Of a stretch of DNA of 64,000 nt, positions 38,352 through 48,083 are shown in pieces (position 1 is the first letter of the stretch; each line of letters opens with the position of its first letter). The notes beneath the pieces are model-generated. The model was not told where the DNA came from. It ran no database searches and saw nothing but the letters and a program-made list of their open reading frames with translations. Origin of the DNA: Oscillospiraceae bacterium (GTDB lineage: Bacteria > Bacillota > Clostridia > UMGS1883); contig SVJW01000001.1 in the NCBI GenBank assembly GCA_015068735.1, positions 9,123-73,122 on the forward strand, given 5' to 3'. Made by a program: the position numbers and the translations under genes.

Positions 38352-39296
38352 TTACAATATATTTTTTAATTTTTCTACCATATACTCCATTTCTTCTTTG
38401 CCGTATCTCTGATCGCAAGGAAGAGGCAAAATATTTTGCGCCATATGGCATTGAATGTCATCTTCATCGCAGACATCAAAGGTATCTGCCCACAAGATAG
38501 GAATATAAATTTTTATTTTTTGAAGCTCTCTTCTTATTTCTGCACCGTTTTCAATATACAACGGATACATAAAAGCACCCTCCGGCACGGTAAGATTGAG
38601 TTTGTTTACATTTTCAAAAGCATTGTGTAAAATGCGGAAGTTCTCTTCCCTCTGCTTTTTGACATTTTCATAATCAATTGCGTGCAGAAGATTATCTGTC
38701 AGTTTTGACATCCTTTTTATCGGTTCTGTTTCAAATAATTCGTTGTTCTTTGCATATGCGGAATAAAATTCTGACGCGCTTCGTTCAAATCTCCCCAAAA
38801 GAAAATCCATACGGTTATGAGAATCATCCTGCTCCAAATCCTCAAGAAAAGTATCTGTATACAGAAACGCACCATCTGCTACACCGAAGAACTTTCGGCA
38901 GGTATAAATGGTATCAACACCTGCAACCGGCATCTGAAAATATGCCTGAACATTATCCACTATTATATCTTTATATTTTTCTGCAAATTCTTTTATTTTA
39001 CTGTTTTGAATCTGCCCGTAATAGTTCACGAGATAAAGCCATCCGTCAATTGTTTCAGGTAAGTTTGAAGGAAGAAAATCCATTCCAACAGAGTAATACT
39101 CCACAGATACATTTTCCCTCTTGCAAACATTTCTTACAGAATCACAAAGAAATTCAGGAATATATATTTTTTTTATGTTTTTAGCTTTAATAAGATATGC
39201 AAGAGCATTTCGTCCACAGTTAAGTGCTACTGCACCATCGTGTAGCATTGGTAGACTATATGTATCAAGCTCTATATATCCGCCGATTTCCCGCAT
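38352..39296 (-). CDS. Divergent DegT-like (fold-type I PLP) protein, function unknown
   Basis: Colinear but weak resemblance to DegT enzymes: LNCGRNALAYL.., IVDNVQAY, YTCRKFFGVADGAF in place of the FSFHxxK motif. Confidence 0.4.
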   Translation of the reverse strand: MREIGGYIELDTYSLPMLHDGAVALNCGRNALAYLIKAKNIKKIYIPEFLCDSVRNVCKRENVSVEYYSVGMDFLPSNLPETIDGWLYLVNYYGQIQNSKIKEFAEKYKDIIVDNVQAYFQMPVAGVDTIYTCRKFFGVADGAFLYTDTFLEDLEQDDSHNRMDFLLGRFERSASEFYSAYAKNNELFETEPIKRMSKLTDNLLHAIDYENVKKQREENFRILHNAFENVNKLNLTVPEGAFMYPLYIENGAEIRRELQKIKIYIPILWADTFDVCDEDDIQCHMAQNILPLPCDQRYGKEEMEYMVEKLKNIL

Positions 39297-39305
39297 ACAA
39301 TCACC

Positions 39306-40505
39306 TTACTTCAAAACAACCTTTACATAATTACCCTGATTTTTAAGAACTTCTTCCATCTGTTCACGGGTATCAAAACGAAGCACAAGTGTACCTATCG
39401 CTTCATTTGCACCTGTAAATCCACACACTTCAACACCGGTTTTTACCCACAAGTCTTCCTCAATGACATTTGCCCTGATTTCTTCACTAATCCACAAAGA
39501 ATCAAATGCACCACATTTTTCGCTATGCAAAATTATTTCGGCAAGATAGCCATTATACGGATTCTGGTCAAGGTCGGTAATTTCTTCTCCCAAAGCACCT
39601 TTTATGGCGTTTCCGATAAGGTCAACGCCCGTTGCATAACCGAGCATTTCCGAAAGTCTGTTTCCGCCTCCACGGGGAGAAAGTTCCATAATATAAGGTT
39701 TTCCGTTTGTACCTACTCTTGTTTCTATGTTATACACGGAAGTCCCAAGTTGCAGTAAATCCGCAAGACGCTGAAGTTCATTTCTAAGCTCTGTCTGCTC
39801 GCTTTCACCCATCGTGGGAGGCCAACTGTACGCCGCAGGGGTGTAGGGATTATCTGCCTTTTCATCAAAACGCTGGTCAGAGAAAGAAAGGAACTTAAAC
39901 TTCCCATCAACAGTAAAGCTGTCGGAATCTGATGAAAAACCTTTCTTTTCTATGAAGTCCTCTATGATAAATCTGCCGTCTATTGAATATTTAAGTGCAA
40001 AATCCACGGAAGGAGCTAAATCTTTTTTATCATCAACACGGCTTACTCCCTTGCTTCCTGCTGAATCAACAGGCTTTACAATCACAGGGAAAGTAAACTT
40101 TTCAAGATCTCCAAGTGCCTCCTCAAGGGTTCTGTAACCGCCTGATGCAGGAACTGTAAATCCGTTTTTTTCCAGAAACGCACGGAATTTATCCTTGTTT
40201 TGCAAAATTGAGACAGCCTCATAGCTTCCTGCAAAAGGAAGTCCCATTTTTTCTGCAACATATGCCGCTGTTATAACACCGGGGTCACATGCAAAGGACA
40301 TAATGCCGTCAATCCCTGCATTTTTTGCACCCTCAAGGACTGCATCTTTATCAACTATGCTGATATTCATATATTCATCGGAATATTTGTGTGCAATATT
40401 GTCTGGCAGGTAATCACAGGTAATTACATATACTCCCATTTCGTGTGCTTTTTCAATTACGGGAAGTATATATCTTGCACCACCTAATATCATAAGCTTT
40501 TTCAT
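39306..40505 (-). CDS. ATP-grasp domain protein (second copy, L-amino-acid-ligase-like)
   Basis: FPVIVKPVDSAGSKGV, IIEDFIEKKG, YIMELSPRGGGNR. Confidence 0.8.
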   Translation of the reverse strand: MKKLMILGGARYILPVIEKAHEMGVYVITCDYLPDNIAHKYSDEYMNISIVDKDAVLEGAKNAGIDGIMSFACDPGVITAAYVAEKMGLPFAGSYEAVSILQNKDKFRAFLEKNGFTVPASGGYRTLEEALGDLEKFTFPVIVKPVDSAGSKGVSRVDDKKDLAPSVDFALKYSIDGRFIIEDFIEKKGFSSDSDSFTVDGKFKFLSFSDQRFDEKADNPYTPAAYSWPPTMGESEQTELRNELQRLADLLQLGTSVYNIETRVGTNGKPYIMELSPRGGGNRLSEMLGYATGVDLIGNAIKGALGEEITDLDQNPYNGYLAEIILHSEKCGAFDSLWISEEIRANVIEEDLWVKTGVEVCGFTGANEAIGTLVLRFDTREQMEEVLKNQGNYVKVVLK

Positions 40506-41950
40506 TTATCTTTCCCTCTTTTCTTAAAAAAACGTTTTATCATAGAGAGCGAATAGTGAAAAGATTCATTCTTTGTAATAGCTGATACCACTATGTACGT
40601 TATAATTCCTACAGGCACTTGCACACATAACATAAGAAACGGAGAAAGGCTAAGACATCCTGCCGCGTATGTAGTGATAATCATTGCAAGTATAGGAATA
40701 ATCGGATTAAGAAGATCTTTTATCTGTTCTATGTATCCGTAATTGAGAAGTTTCTTATTCGGGCTGACATTTATGAATACTCCTATTGCGGAAGATACAA
40801 GGAAACTGATTGCAATTGCAAAAGTTCCATGAGGAACAGCAATGATAAGAGCTATAATTCCTACAACAATTTTAATTATATCTATTTTAAGGAAAATATC
40901 GCTTCTACCTATCGCCTTTATCGCGTTTAAGTTTGCCGTATTTAAAGGTCTGAACAAAAATGCAATACAGAAAACAACCATAAACCGGGCACTTTCAATC
41001 CATTTTTCCGTAAGCAGAAATACCGTAAGCGGTTCCGATACCAATGCAAGTCCTACCATAAACGGAGAAAGAATATAGCTGCTTATTCTTATTGCCCGGC
41101 GCGTCATCGCCTTTACATTTTCTTTGTTATCCTGCTCATTGGAAAGAGCCGGAAACAGAACGCTGTCAATTGAAGTATTAACATTGTTAACGAATAAATC
41201 CGGGAATTGTCTGCCTTTATTGTAAACAGCAAGGTCGGCTGCCGTGTACACCTTTCCTATTACAAGCTGTCTTCCTTCATTATACATGGTATTGATAAGG
41301 GACACCGCCAGAAGTTTCCATCCGTAAGAAATAAGCCCCTTAAGTCGTTTAAATGAAAATATCAATTTCGGACGCCAGCTTACCGTAAACCATAAAACTG
41401 CTGTTCCTACAGTCAGATTTATAAGTTGTTGTGCAACCAATGCCCATACTCCGTAACCCATATACGCCATTGCGATACCTACAATTGCTGCCAGAACTGT
41501 GCCTGTTGAGGTAGCATAAAAAAAGTTTTTGAACATCATATGCTTAGACACATACGCCTGCTGCACGTTTTTCACACCGGAAACTATAAGTTTCAGGCTG
41601 ATTACACGGACAATTGCCGTAAGTTCAGCAACCCCGTAGAAATCTGCAATAAACGGTGCTGCAAAAAACATAGCAAGGTAAAGAACAGAACATGACACCA
41701 TATTAAAATAAAATACAGATGAAAAGTCCAAATCATCAGCATCTTTTTTCTGAATAAGCGCATTTCCGAATCCGCTGTCAACAAATGTTTGCAATATAGT
41801 AATAAATACAGTTACAAGAGCAATTGTTCCATAATGTTCAGGACTTAAAAGCCTTGCCAGAATTATAGTAACGACAAAGTTTACAATTTGTGCACCGCTT
41901 CTTTCAAGGAAACGCCATATTAAATTAGTTAATACTTTTTTACTATTCAT
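40502..41950 (-). CDS. Wzx-type polysaccharide flippase (MOP superfamily)
   Basis: 482 aa, about 12-14 TM segments. N-terminus NLIWRFLERSGAQIVNFVVTIILARLLSPEHYG. Confidence 0.85.
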   Translation of the reverse strand: MNSKKVLTNLIWRFLERSGAQIVNFVVTIILARLLSPEHYGTIALVTVFITILQTFVDSGFGNALIQKKDADDLDFSSVFYFNMVSCSVLYLAMFFAAPFIADFYGVAELTAIVRVISLKLIVSGVKNVQQAYVSKHMMFKNFFYATSTGTVLAAIVGIAMAYMGYGVWALVAQQLINLTVGTAVLWFTVSWRPKLIFSFKRLKGLISYGWKLLAVSLINTMYNEGRQLVIGKVYTAADLAVYNKGRQFPDLFVNNVNTSIDSVLFPALSNEQDNKENVKAMTRRAIRISSYILSPFMVGLALVSEPLTVFLLTEKWIESARFMVVFCIAFLFRPLNTANLNAIKAIGRSDIFLKIDIIKIVVGIIALIIAVPHGTFAIAISFLVSSAIGVFINVSPNKKLLNYGYIEQIKDLLNPIIPILAMIITTYAAGCLSLSPFLMLCVQVPVGIITYIVVSAITKNESFHYSLSMIKRFFKKRGKDK

Positions 41951-41963
41951 ATTACACCATCTG

Positions 41964-43046
41964 TCAATTAAAATCCGTCAATATCTTTTTCCATGCCTCT
42001 ATGGACCTTTTCTTTCCTAATGGCATCATATCATAATGCACATCTTCGGGATATTCAGGCATTTTCGTGAATTCTTCAAAGCTGATTAAATCAAGTTCGT
42101 CCACAAAACCGTGAGGAATATTTTCTTCATCAAATGCTTTTTTTATAACGCCGTTACGGTTAAGAATCATTTTCTTTTTAAGGAAGAGATATACCGCCAC
42201 ATTGCCGAGAGCCGTTGAGGTTTCACAGTCAAATATAGCAATATCCATTTTATTCATCAGCGTTACATAATCCTCATATTCCATAAATTTGTCCACAATT
42301 ATTACATTCTCTGCTGAATTTTCTTTTATGTACGCTTTAACCTTTTCTATATAATCCTTATCACCGTATGAAAGCGGGACATATATGCGAATTCTATCGC
42401 CAAAACGCTCGAGTTTTTTAAGAATTTCTATATGATTCCCCTCAATGGTTCCTCTGTGATATACCGCCACATTGACTATACCATCGCTTACATAACCTTT
42501 ATCCCGTACTTTTTCAAGGATGCTTTCACTTTCAGTACCGGTGTAAGGCATACGGTAAAAACGATCATTTTTCAGTTTGCTGCTCAACGTGATAATATCC
42601 GTATTTTTTGCAATCCCTATTGCGGCAAATTTATTAAAACGCCTTCTGAGATCGGCATTCAGCACAAGTTTTATAAAGTTTTGGATAATCTGACCCTTTT
42701 TATACCCAAATCCAAAATTACCACCCCAAAAGCGATAAATAACCTTATCTAAATATTTGTTTTTGATTTTAAACATATCACTCGCTTTAAAATGACCATG
42801 GCATATAACCCAACGGCACATTGGAGCATATTTATTTATAAGGTTTGTGTCTTCTTCATCGAGTATCACATTATCATATTCTTTAACCGCTTCATAAGCA
42901 ACCATATGAGGAGTGACAAAAAGATGCTCTGAGGAGTCGAAATGTTCCTTCATGTCATTTATAAACTTTACTACACGAGTTCCAAATTTTACCTCATTAC
43001 GGAAAATTATATGAACATATTTTGCTTTATAAGAGTTTTTTTTCAT
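41964..43046 (-). CDS. GT56 (WecF-like) 4-acetamido-4,6-dideoxyhexosyltransferase
   Basis: 360 aa, colinear with remembered E. coli WecF features: N-terminal ...RVVKFINDM, HGHF, RFWGG, GNHIEILKKL..FGD.IRIYVPLSYG, LGNVAVYLFL..KMILNRN. Confidence 0.65.
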   Translation of the reverse strand: MKKNSYKAKYVHIIFRNEVKFGTRVVKFINDMKEHFDSSEHLFVTPHMVAYEAVKEYDNVILDEEDTNLINKYAPMCRWVICHGHFKASDMFKIKNKYLDKVIYRFWGGNFGFGYKKGQIIQNFIKLVLNADLRRRFNKFAAIGIAKNTDIITLSSKLKNDRFYRMPYTGTESESILEKVRDKGYVSDGIVNVAVYHRGTIEGNHIEILKKLERFGDRIRIYVPLSYGDKDYIEKVKAYIKENSAENVIIVDKFMEYEDYVTLMNKMDIAIFDCETSTALGNVAVYLFLKKKMILNRNGVIKKAFDEENIPHGFVDELDLISFEEFTKMPEYPEDVHYDMMPLGKKRSIEAWKKILTDFN

Positions 43047-44304
43047 AACCTATAAGCTCCTCTTCAGAATTTTCCTCATCTTTGTCTTCTTCATTGACTT
43101 TATAGACATTGGGAGTAATTGTATACATTATTAAAAACCAAAACGGTATATCTACCCACAATTGAGATGACATACACAGTCTGGGAATAGATAAAGTGAA
43201 CATAAACATCAGTATAACTGCATGATTTTTATCCAGCGAAGCGTCAAATAATGTTTTCTTCGCAGCCTTCAAAATCAAATAAAACAGTGGAATTGAGACA
43301 ACAACTCCCAAATCATACCACAACTGATAGAAAATATTGTGAGGGTATGCCATCGTATAATTACTGTTATGTAACATAGTTGATACACCATTACCAACAA
43401 GATAATGTTCTCTTATTCCCTCTTTGGTGAAATCCAGAATTGCGCTACGGCCATTGGAAAGGTCACCTTGCTCCAATTTGTGTATACTTTTGGAGATTGA
43501 GCTGACTTCTATCCCCATAGACCTTAGCCATTCATCCAATGACCTCAGCACTTCCTCCAGATTACTAACTACATACATTACCAAAAAACCCACAGCAACA
43601 GTTACAAACATTTTTTTAAATGTATGTCTTTCCAATTTCCCGTTTTCATCAAACTGATGAAGAATTAAAAGAACGAAAAATACAACTATTGCAATAAAAG
43701 GCCCACGGCTACCGAGAGTCAATACTTTTGCCAGATACATTATATTGACGGCATATGCACCCCATAATACAATGTTAGCGTCTTTTTTGTAATAGCAAAA
43801 ATGAAGCGCCGCAGCAGTTATAAATATAAGGGTATTGTAGCTGGTTGTCATACCTATTGTTTCAAACTCTCTTGTTGCTTGACTTTGAAAAAACGCTCCT
43901 GAAAACGGAAGTATCAACAAAGAAAAATAAGTTACATACCTAAGAACTTTTTCAACATCAATCTTATAAAAAGAAAGGTATATGGGAATAAAGACAAGAA
44001 CAATCAATTCTTCATAAGTTACACTTGAGGTCCTATGCGCATATTTATGTACAACAATAATACCGACTATATAATAAACAAACAGCAACGATTTTTTATT
44101 TAAATTCAAATTGCTCCCTTTATCCGATATAAAAAAATGCAACGCAATCAATGGCAACAAAAGCACCAGATTCATTACCATTATTCCATCCGACTTATTC
44201 AGAATAGTTCCCAAAAGCTGATTCAAGCCTTTTAGAGACGCCACATATGCCACAATAAATGATGCTAAATATTCCTTTTTTGAGTATTGCTCTTGAACAT
44301 TCAT
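43027..44304 (-). CDS. Wzy-type polymerase / O-antigen-ligase-like membrane protein
   Basis: 425 aa, polytopic, very AT-rich. Located between a GT gene and the wecF-like gene. Confidence 0.6.
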   Translation of the reverse strand: MNVQEQYSKKEYLASFIVAYVASLKGLNQLLGTILNKSDGIMVMNLVLLLPLIALHFFISDKGSNLNLNKKSLLFVYYIVGIIVVHKYAHRTSSVTYEELIVLVFIPIYLSFYKIDVEKVLRYVTYFSLLILPFSGAFFQSQATREFETIGMTTSYNTLIFITAAALHFCYYKKDANIVLWGAYAVNIMYLAKVLTLGSRGPFIAIVVFFVLLILHQFDENGKLERHTFKKMFVTVAVGFLVMYVVSNLEEVLRSLDEWLRSMGIEVSSISKSIHKLEQGDLSNGRSAILDFTKEGIREHYLVGNGVSTMLHNSNYTMAYPHNIFYQLWYDLGVVVSIPLFYLILKAAKKTLFDASLDKNHAVILMFMFTLSIPRLCMSSQLWVDIPFWFLIMYTITPNVYKVNEEDKDEENSEEELIGYEKKLL

Positions 44305-44327
44305 TTAATAAAATCCCTTCTATAAGC

Positions 44328-45236
44328 TTACAAATACCTTCGCTTAATAAAGCGTAGTGCGTCTCTGACTATTGTAGCCCAGCACTTTATCGGATTAGTC
44401 GTTTTGATAGTCCACTTGAAGCACTTGCCGAATTTCTTTGCCTTGAAATAATCTATTGCAATCTGCTGATAATGAGCATTGTAAATCTTGTTTCTGTCCT
44501 TTTTATCAAAGGTATCTATTATAAACTTCATTTTTTCCAAATAGTAAAGCCTGTTTTTTTCATACTGCTCCGGATTTTTTGCACTGTTTCTAAGCAACTG
44601 ATATTTATTAAGCCCTACCTCATTTACTATGGCAGCCTTATATTTAGATAATATTCTCGCAGCAAATTCCCAATCCTGATGACGTCGGAAAGATTCATCA
44701 AAACCGTTTACTTCATCAAATACACTTTTTCTCACCATAATACAACTGGAACCCATTTTCACTTTTCCGCACATAAACTCAAACAGGATATCCCCTTCGT
44801 GCATCGGAGGTACTATTTCCTGACGACCGTAATCGTAAAAACGCTTAATTGCACAATGAGTAATACCATATTCCTCAGATAAATTCTTAAAGCAGTTAAC
44901 ATGGTTCTCTATATTCTCAGGCAGGAACTCATCATCATCATCCAGCAATGCTATATATTCTCCGGTTGCATTACGGGCACCGGTATTCCTTGCAGCAGAA
45001 CCGTTAATATTCTGCTCGTGAGCAAGATACAAAATCTTGCCTTCATCAATATATTTTTTAAGAACTGCCTCTGTTTTAAGCTGCTCCTCCGTGCCTTTTC
45101 CGTTGTCATCAACAACAATTATTTCAATATTTTTGTAGGTTTGGTTAAGAGCACTGTCAACCGCTCTTACCACATTATCATCGCCCTTATATGTAGGGAT
45201 AATTACCGAAACTTTCCCTTTCTGCATTATTGTCAC
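44328..45236 (-). CDS. Glycosyltransferase family 2
   Basis: VSVIIPTYKGDDNVVRAVDSALNQTY..IEIIVVDDNG, LDDDDE motif. Confidence 0.85.
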   Translation of the reverse strand: MTIMQKGKVSVIIPTYKGDDNVVRAVDSALNQTYKNIEIIVVDDNGKGTEEQLKTEAVLKKYIDEGKILYLAHEQNINGSAARNTGARNATGEYIALLDDDDEFLPENIENHVNCFKNLSEEYGITHCAIKRFYDYGRQEIVPPMHEGDILFEFMCGKVKMGSSCIMVRKSVFDEVNGFDESFRRHQDWEFAARILSKYKAAIVNEVGLNKYQLLRNSAKNPEQYEKNRLYYLEKMKFIIDTFDKKDRNKIYNAHYQQIAIDYFKAKKFGKCFKWTIKTTNPIKCWATIVRDALRFIKRRYL

Positions 45237-45272
45237 ACCCTTTTCATTTTACTCCATCTAATTATTTAGAAC

Positions 45273-46211
45273 TTATTCTACTATTACTGCATCATCTTTT
45301 ATACTTCGCAGCTTCTGCATTGCTTTAACTATAAAAGCCCTTTTGCTACTTATCCATGAATTACTGTATTTCTCAAATACTTTTCTGTATTTTCCAAAAT
45401 TTTTATCGGAAAATAACTCTTCCATAACTTTTAACTGCTCAATATGAAGAGAATGATAAAAAGGACTTGCTATGCGTTTTTCAAAATCATAGTTGCTCCA
45501 GTATCCTCTGTCAAATTGCGGTATCATTTTTGACAAACTGTCAACCGATTGATGAAGCTTATTCTCAAAATTGCAATCTTTTTCACACAGTAAGTAATCA
45601 TAAAGTCCCCATATAGAAAAAATCATACCGTTCATTACTGTTTTTATTTTTTTCAATTCCTCAAGAGATAAAAGGTTTCCGTTGTCGTCATAATACGCCG
45701 TTCCGCCTTGTTCCACCGGAATCAGCATAAATTCAAGAGCTTTCTTCGCAATGTCAAGATATTTATTATCTTTTGTTTCAGAGAATGCCCTGCACAGAAG
45801 AGATGCTCCTTCCGCCTGCGCCATTGAAGAAAAAGGATGTTCCTTATCACACCAGCCGAATGCATCCCATGCCCCATTTTCCTGTTGATTAGCTATTGCC
45901 CAGTTCACAATATTCATAAATTTTTCTTTATAAATGTCATCACCGGTCTCTAAAAACAAATCGTAGGAGCCCAATCCATATTGAAATATTACAATCGGGA
46001 AGTAAACCTTTTTCCCTTCATTTGTTTTATTTACCGGTACACCGTTTTCATCCAAAGAATTGTTATCTGTTACTTTATGCCTTAAATCACTATAGTAACC
46101 TCTTATAGTATCTTTGCTCCAAAAAAGTCCTTTGCTCTGGGTCTTATGAAAAACACTTTTTCCGAAAAGCATTCCAAACCAACGCTTGAAAACTTTTATA
46201 TATCTTTTCAT
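45273..46211 (-). CDS. D-glucuronyl C5-epimerase family protein
   Basis: FSSMAQAEGASLLCRAFSETKDNKYLDIAKKA, VMNGMIFSIWGLYDY and YHSLHIEQLKVM are colinear with the conserved blocks of animal GLCE, quoted from memory as YSAMAQGQAISTLVRAY, VLNGFMYSLIGLYDL, YHTTHINQLQLL. Confidence 0.75.
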   Translation of the reverse strand: MKRYIKVFKRWFGMLFGKSVFHKTQSKGLFWSKDTIRGYYSDLRHKVTDNNSLDENGVPVNKTNEGKKVYFPIVIFQYGLGSYDLFLETGDDIYKEKFMNIVNWAIANQQENGAWDAFGWCDKEHPFSSMAQAEGASLLCRAFSETKDNKYLDIAKKALEFMLIPVEQGGTAYYDDNGNLLSLEELKKIKTVMNGMIFSIWGLYDYLLCEKDCNFENKLHQSVDSLSKMIPQFDRGYWSNYDFEKRIASPFYHSLHIEQLKVMEELFSDKNFGKYRKVFEKYSNSWISSKRAFIVKAMQKLRSIKDDAVIVE

Positions 46212-46229
46212 TTCCGTTACCTCATTACC

Positions 46230-47273
46230 TTAGTCAATAAAGCATCTTTTCAAGGTTTCGATACTTTCTTGTTTATAACTTTCAGCTTTTTTCAAACAGT
46301 TTTTCTTCATTGAGTTCAAAAGTTCGTGGTTGCCGATAAGCTTTTGCAATTTATCTTTAAAATCGTAGTAGTTTTCTATTTCAAATCCGATTCCCGTAAC
46401 ACCATCGTCAATCACGTCGGCAAAGCTGTTCCATTTTGATGAAACTACCGGAGTTCCTGCAAAGAAGCTCTCCACAACAGATCCGGGGATTCCCTCTGTT
46501 TTAAACTTTGTGGGGAATAATTGCAGATCATATTCCTTTAATGCCTGCACAGTCTTATCGTGGTCTACAGTTCCTTTATAGCAGATGCAATCCGGAGAAT
46601 TCTCTACAGCAGAATTGAATTCTTCCTCAAACCCATTCTCAATTGCTCCGTATATATCAAGAACTATTGCTGTTTCTCCTATTTCATTATTGATTTCGGC
46701 TACAACCTTAATGGCATCCAATACGCCTTTCTTCTCGGTTACTCTTGAAAAGCTGCAAGCCCTTACAGGATAACCATCCGCTAATGAAAGCTCTGATTCC
46801 GAAACAGGGTCAACACTCTTGTAATTCGGGAGAATGCGGATATTTTCAAAATTACGCTCAATCAGTGCATCCTTCATAACAGTAGTTTCTACATATATAC
46901 CCTTGAAATTCTTTTTAAGAAGTTTTCCGGTAAACTTATGTTTATCAAGATACTCCGGAAGCCATCCTCCTATCACAACATAGTGAAGATTTTTCTTAGC
47001 AAACTTATTGAAAAAGCTCAGCAGTGGGGTGAATATCAACACGCCATTGTACGCAGGAAGCATAATAATATCATCATGCTTTTTTAAGACCGAAAAAATT
47101 CTCGCAACAATTTTCACAAGAGTTTTCACTCCTCCGTGAGTGTCCACGCAAGATACATTTTCTGTTCCAAGCTGTTCTTTAAGAGCTTCGGTTAATACTT
47201 TTGTTTTTATAGTTTGTCCGTTAAGAAGATTTTTTCCAAAGCCAAAATGCCCAATAACTGCAATTTTTTTCAT
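46230..47273 (-). CDS. Glycosyltransferase family 4 (GT-B)
   Basis: Start trimmed to ATG 47273 (GGAG upstream). C-terminal FPTKFKTEGIPGSVVESFFAGTPVV (E-x7-E-like) motif. Confidence 0.8.
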   Translation of the reverse strand: MKKIAVIGHFGFGKNLLNGQTIKTKVLTEALKEQLGTENVSCVDTHGGVKTLVKIVARIFSVLKKHDDIIMLPAYNGVLIFTPLLSFFNKFAKKNLHYVVIGGWLPEYLDKHKFTGKLLKKNFKGIYVETTVMKDALIERNFENIRILPNYKSVDPVSESELSLADGYPVRACSFSRVTEKKGVLDAIKVVAEINNEIGETAIVLDIYGAIENGFEEEFNSAVENSPDCICYKGTVDHDKTVQALKEYDLQLFPTKFKTEGIPGSVVESFFAGTPVVSSKWNSFADVIDDGVTGIGFEIENYYDFKDKLQKLIGNHELLNSMKKNCLKKAESYKQESIETLKRCFID

Positions 47274-47322
47274 AAGCAACTCCATTTTCAACGAGATTTT
47301 CTCATTATATCGAATTAGTCCG

Positions 47323-48072
47323 TTATTTAAATTTCAGCACAGTTCTCAAAACCCAATATACCATCAAATATGCACTGTAAAAAAAGGACAGCTTCTCTAT
47401 CTTTCTGTATACAAACCAATGATACTTCAAAAGGCTCTTTTTGTTAGAAGAAAGTGAACCACTGTAAACTCGATGACTTCCCAGTACCTCCTGCAATCCA
47501 TATACATATCCCGCTTTTTTTATAATTTGCAGCCACATTACATAATCGTTTCGCTTTTTTATGTCAGGAATATAGTGTTTTCCCAATACTGAAGCATCAT
47601 ATATTACTGTAGAATTTCCCGGGTTTTTCTTCAACAAAGCGTGATAATCCGTTTTAACTCTTGCTTCAATAATGCGATTCAAAGAGGCTCCGTTCTCATC
47701 TATTTTATCATAGGCAGTACAAGTAAATGAATAATTGTTTTTTGTCATAAACTCAATCTGCTTTTTCAATTTATCTTCTTGCCAAAGGTCGTCGCTGTCA
47801 AGGAAAGCCATATATCTGCCTTTCGCTTGTTTAACTGCATTGTTTCTGGTCATTGCGGCGCCTAAATTTTTCTCGTTTTTGAAATAATGAATTCTGTCAT
47901 CTTTCAAAAGATACTCTTCAATTACCTTTGCAGTATCATCAGAGGAGCAATCATCTACAATTATCAATTCCCAATTTTTATAACTTTGCTTAATAACAGA
48001 CTCTATGGTTTCCGCTATAAAATCCGCACAATTATAAGCAGGCACTATAATCGACACTAATTCTTCATTCAT
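47323..48072 (-). CDS. Glycosyltransferase family 2
   Basis: Start trimmed to ATG 48072 (GAGGAG upstream). VSIIVPAYNCADFIAETIESVIKQSY...IIVDDCSSD, LDSDD. Confidence 0.85.
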   Translation of the reverse strand: MNEELVSIIVPAYNCADFIAETIESVIKQSYKNWELIIVDDCSSDDTAKVIEEYLLKDDRIHYFKNEKNLGAAMTRNNAVKQAKGRYMAFLDSDDLWQEDKLKKQIEFMTKNNYSFTCTAYDKIDENGASLNRIIEARVKTDYHALLKKNPGNSTVIYDASVLGKHYIPDIKKRNDYVMWLQIIKKAGYVYGLQEVLGSHRVYSGSLSSNKKSLLKYHWFVYRKIEKLSFFYSAYLMVYWVLRTVLKFK

Positions 48073-48083
48073 ATATTTTCTCC

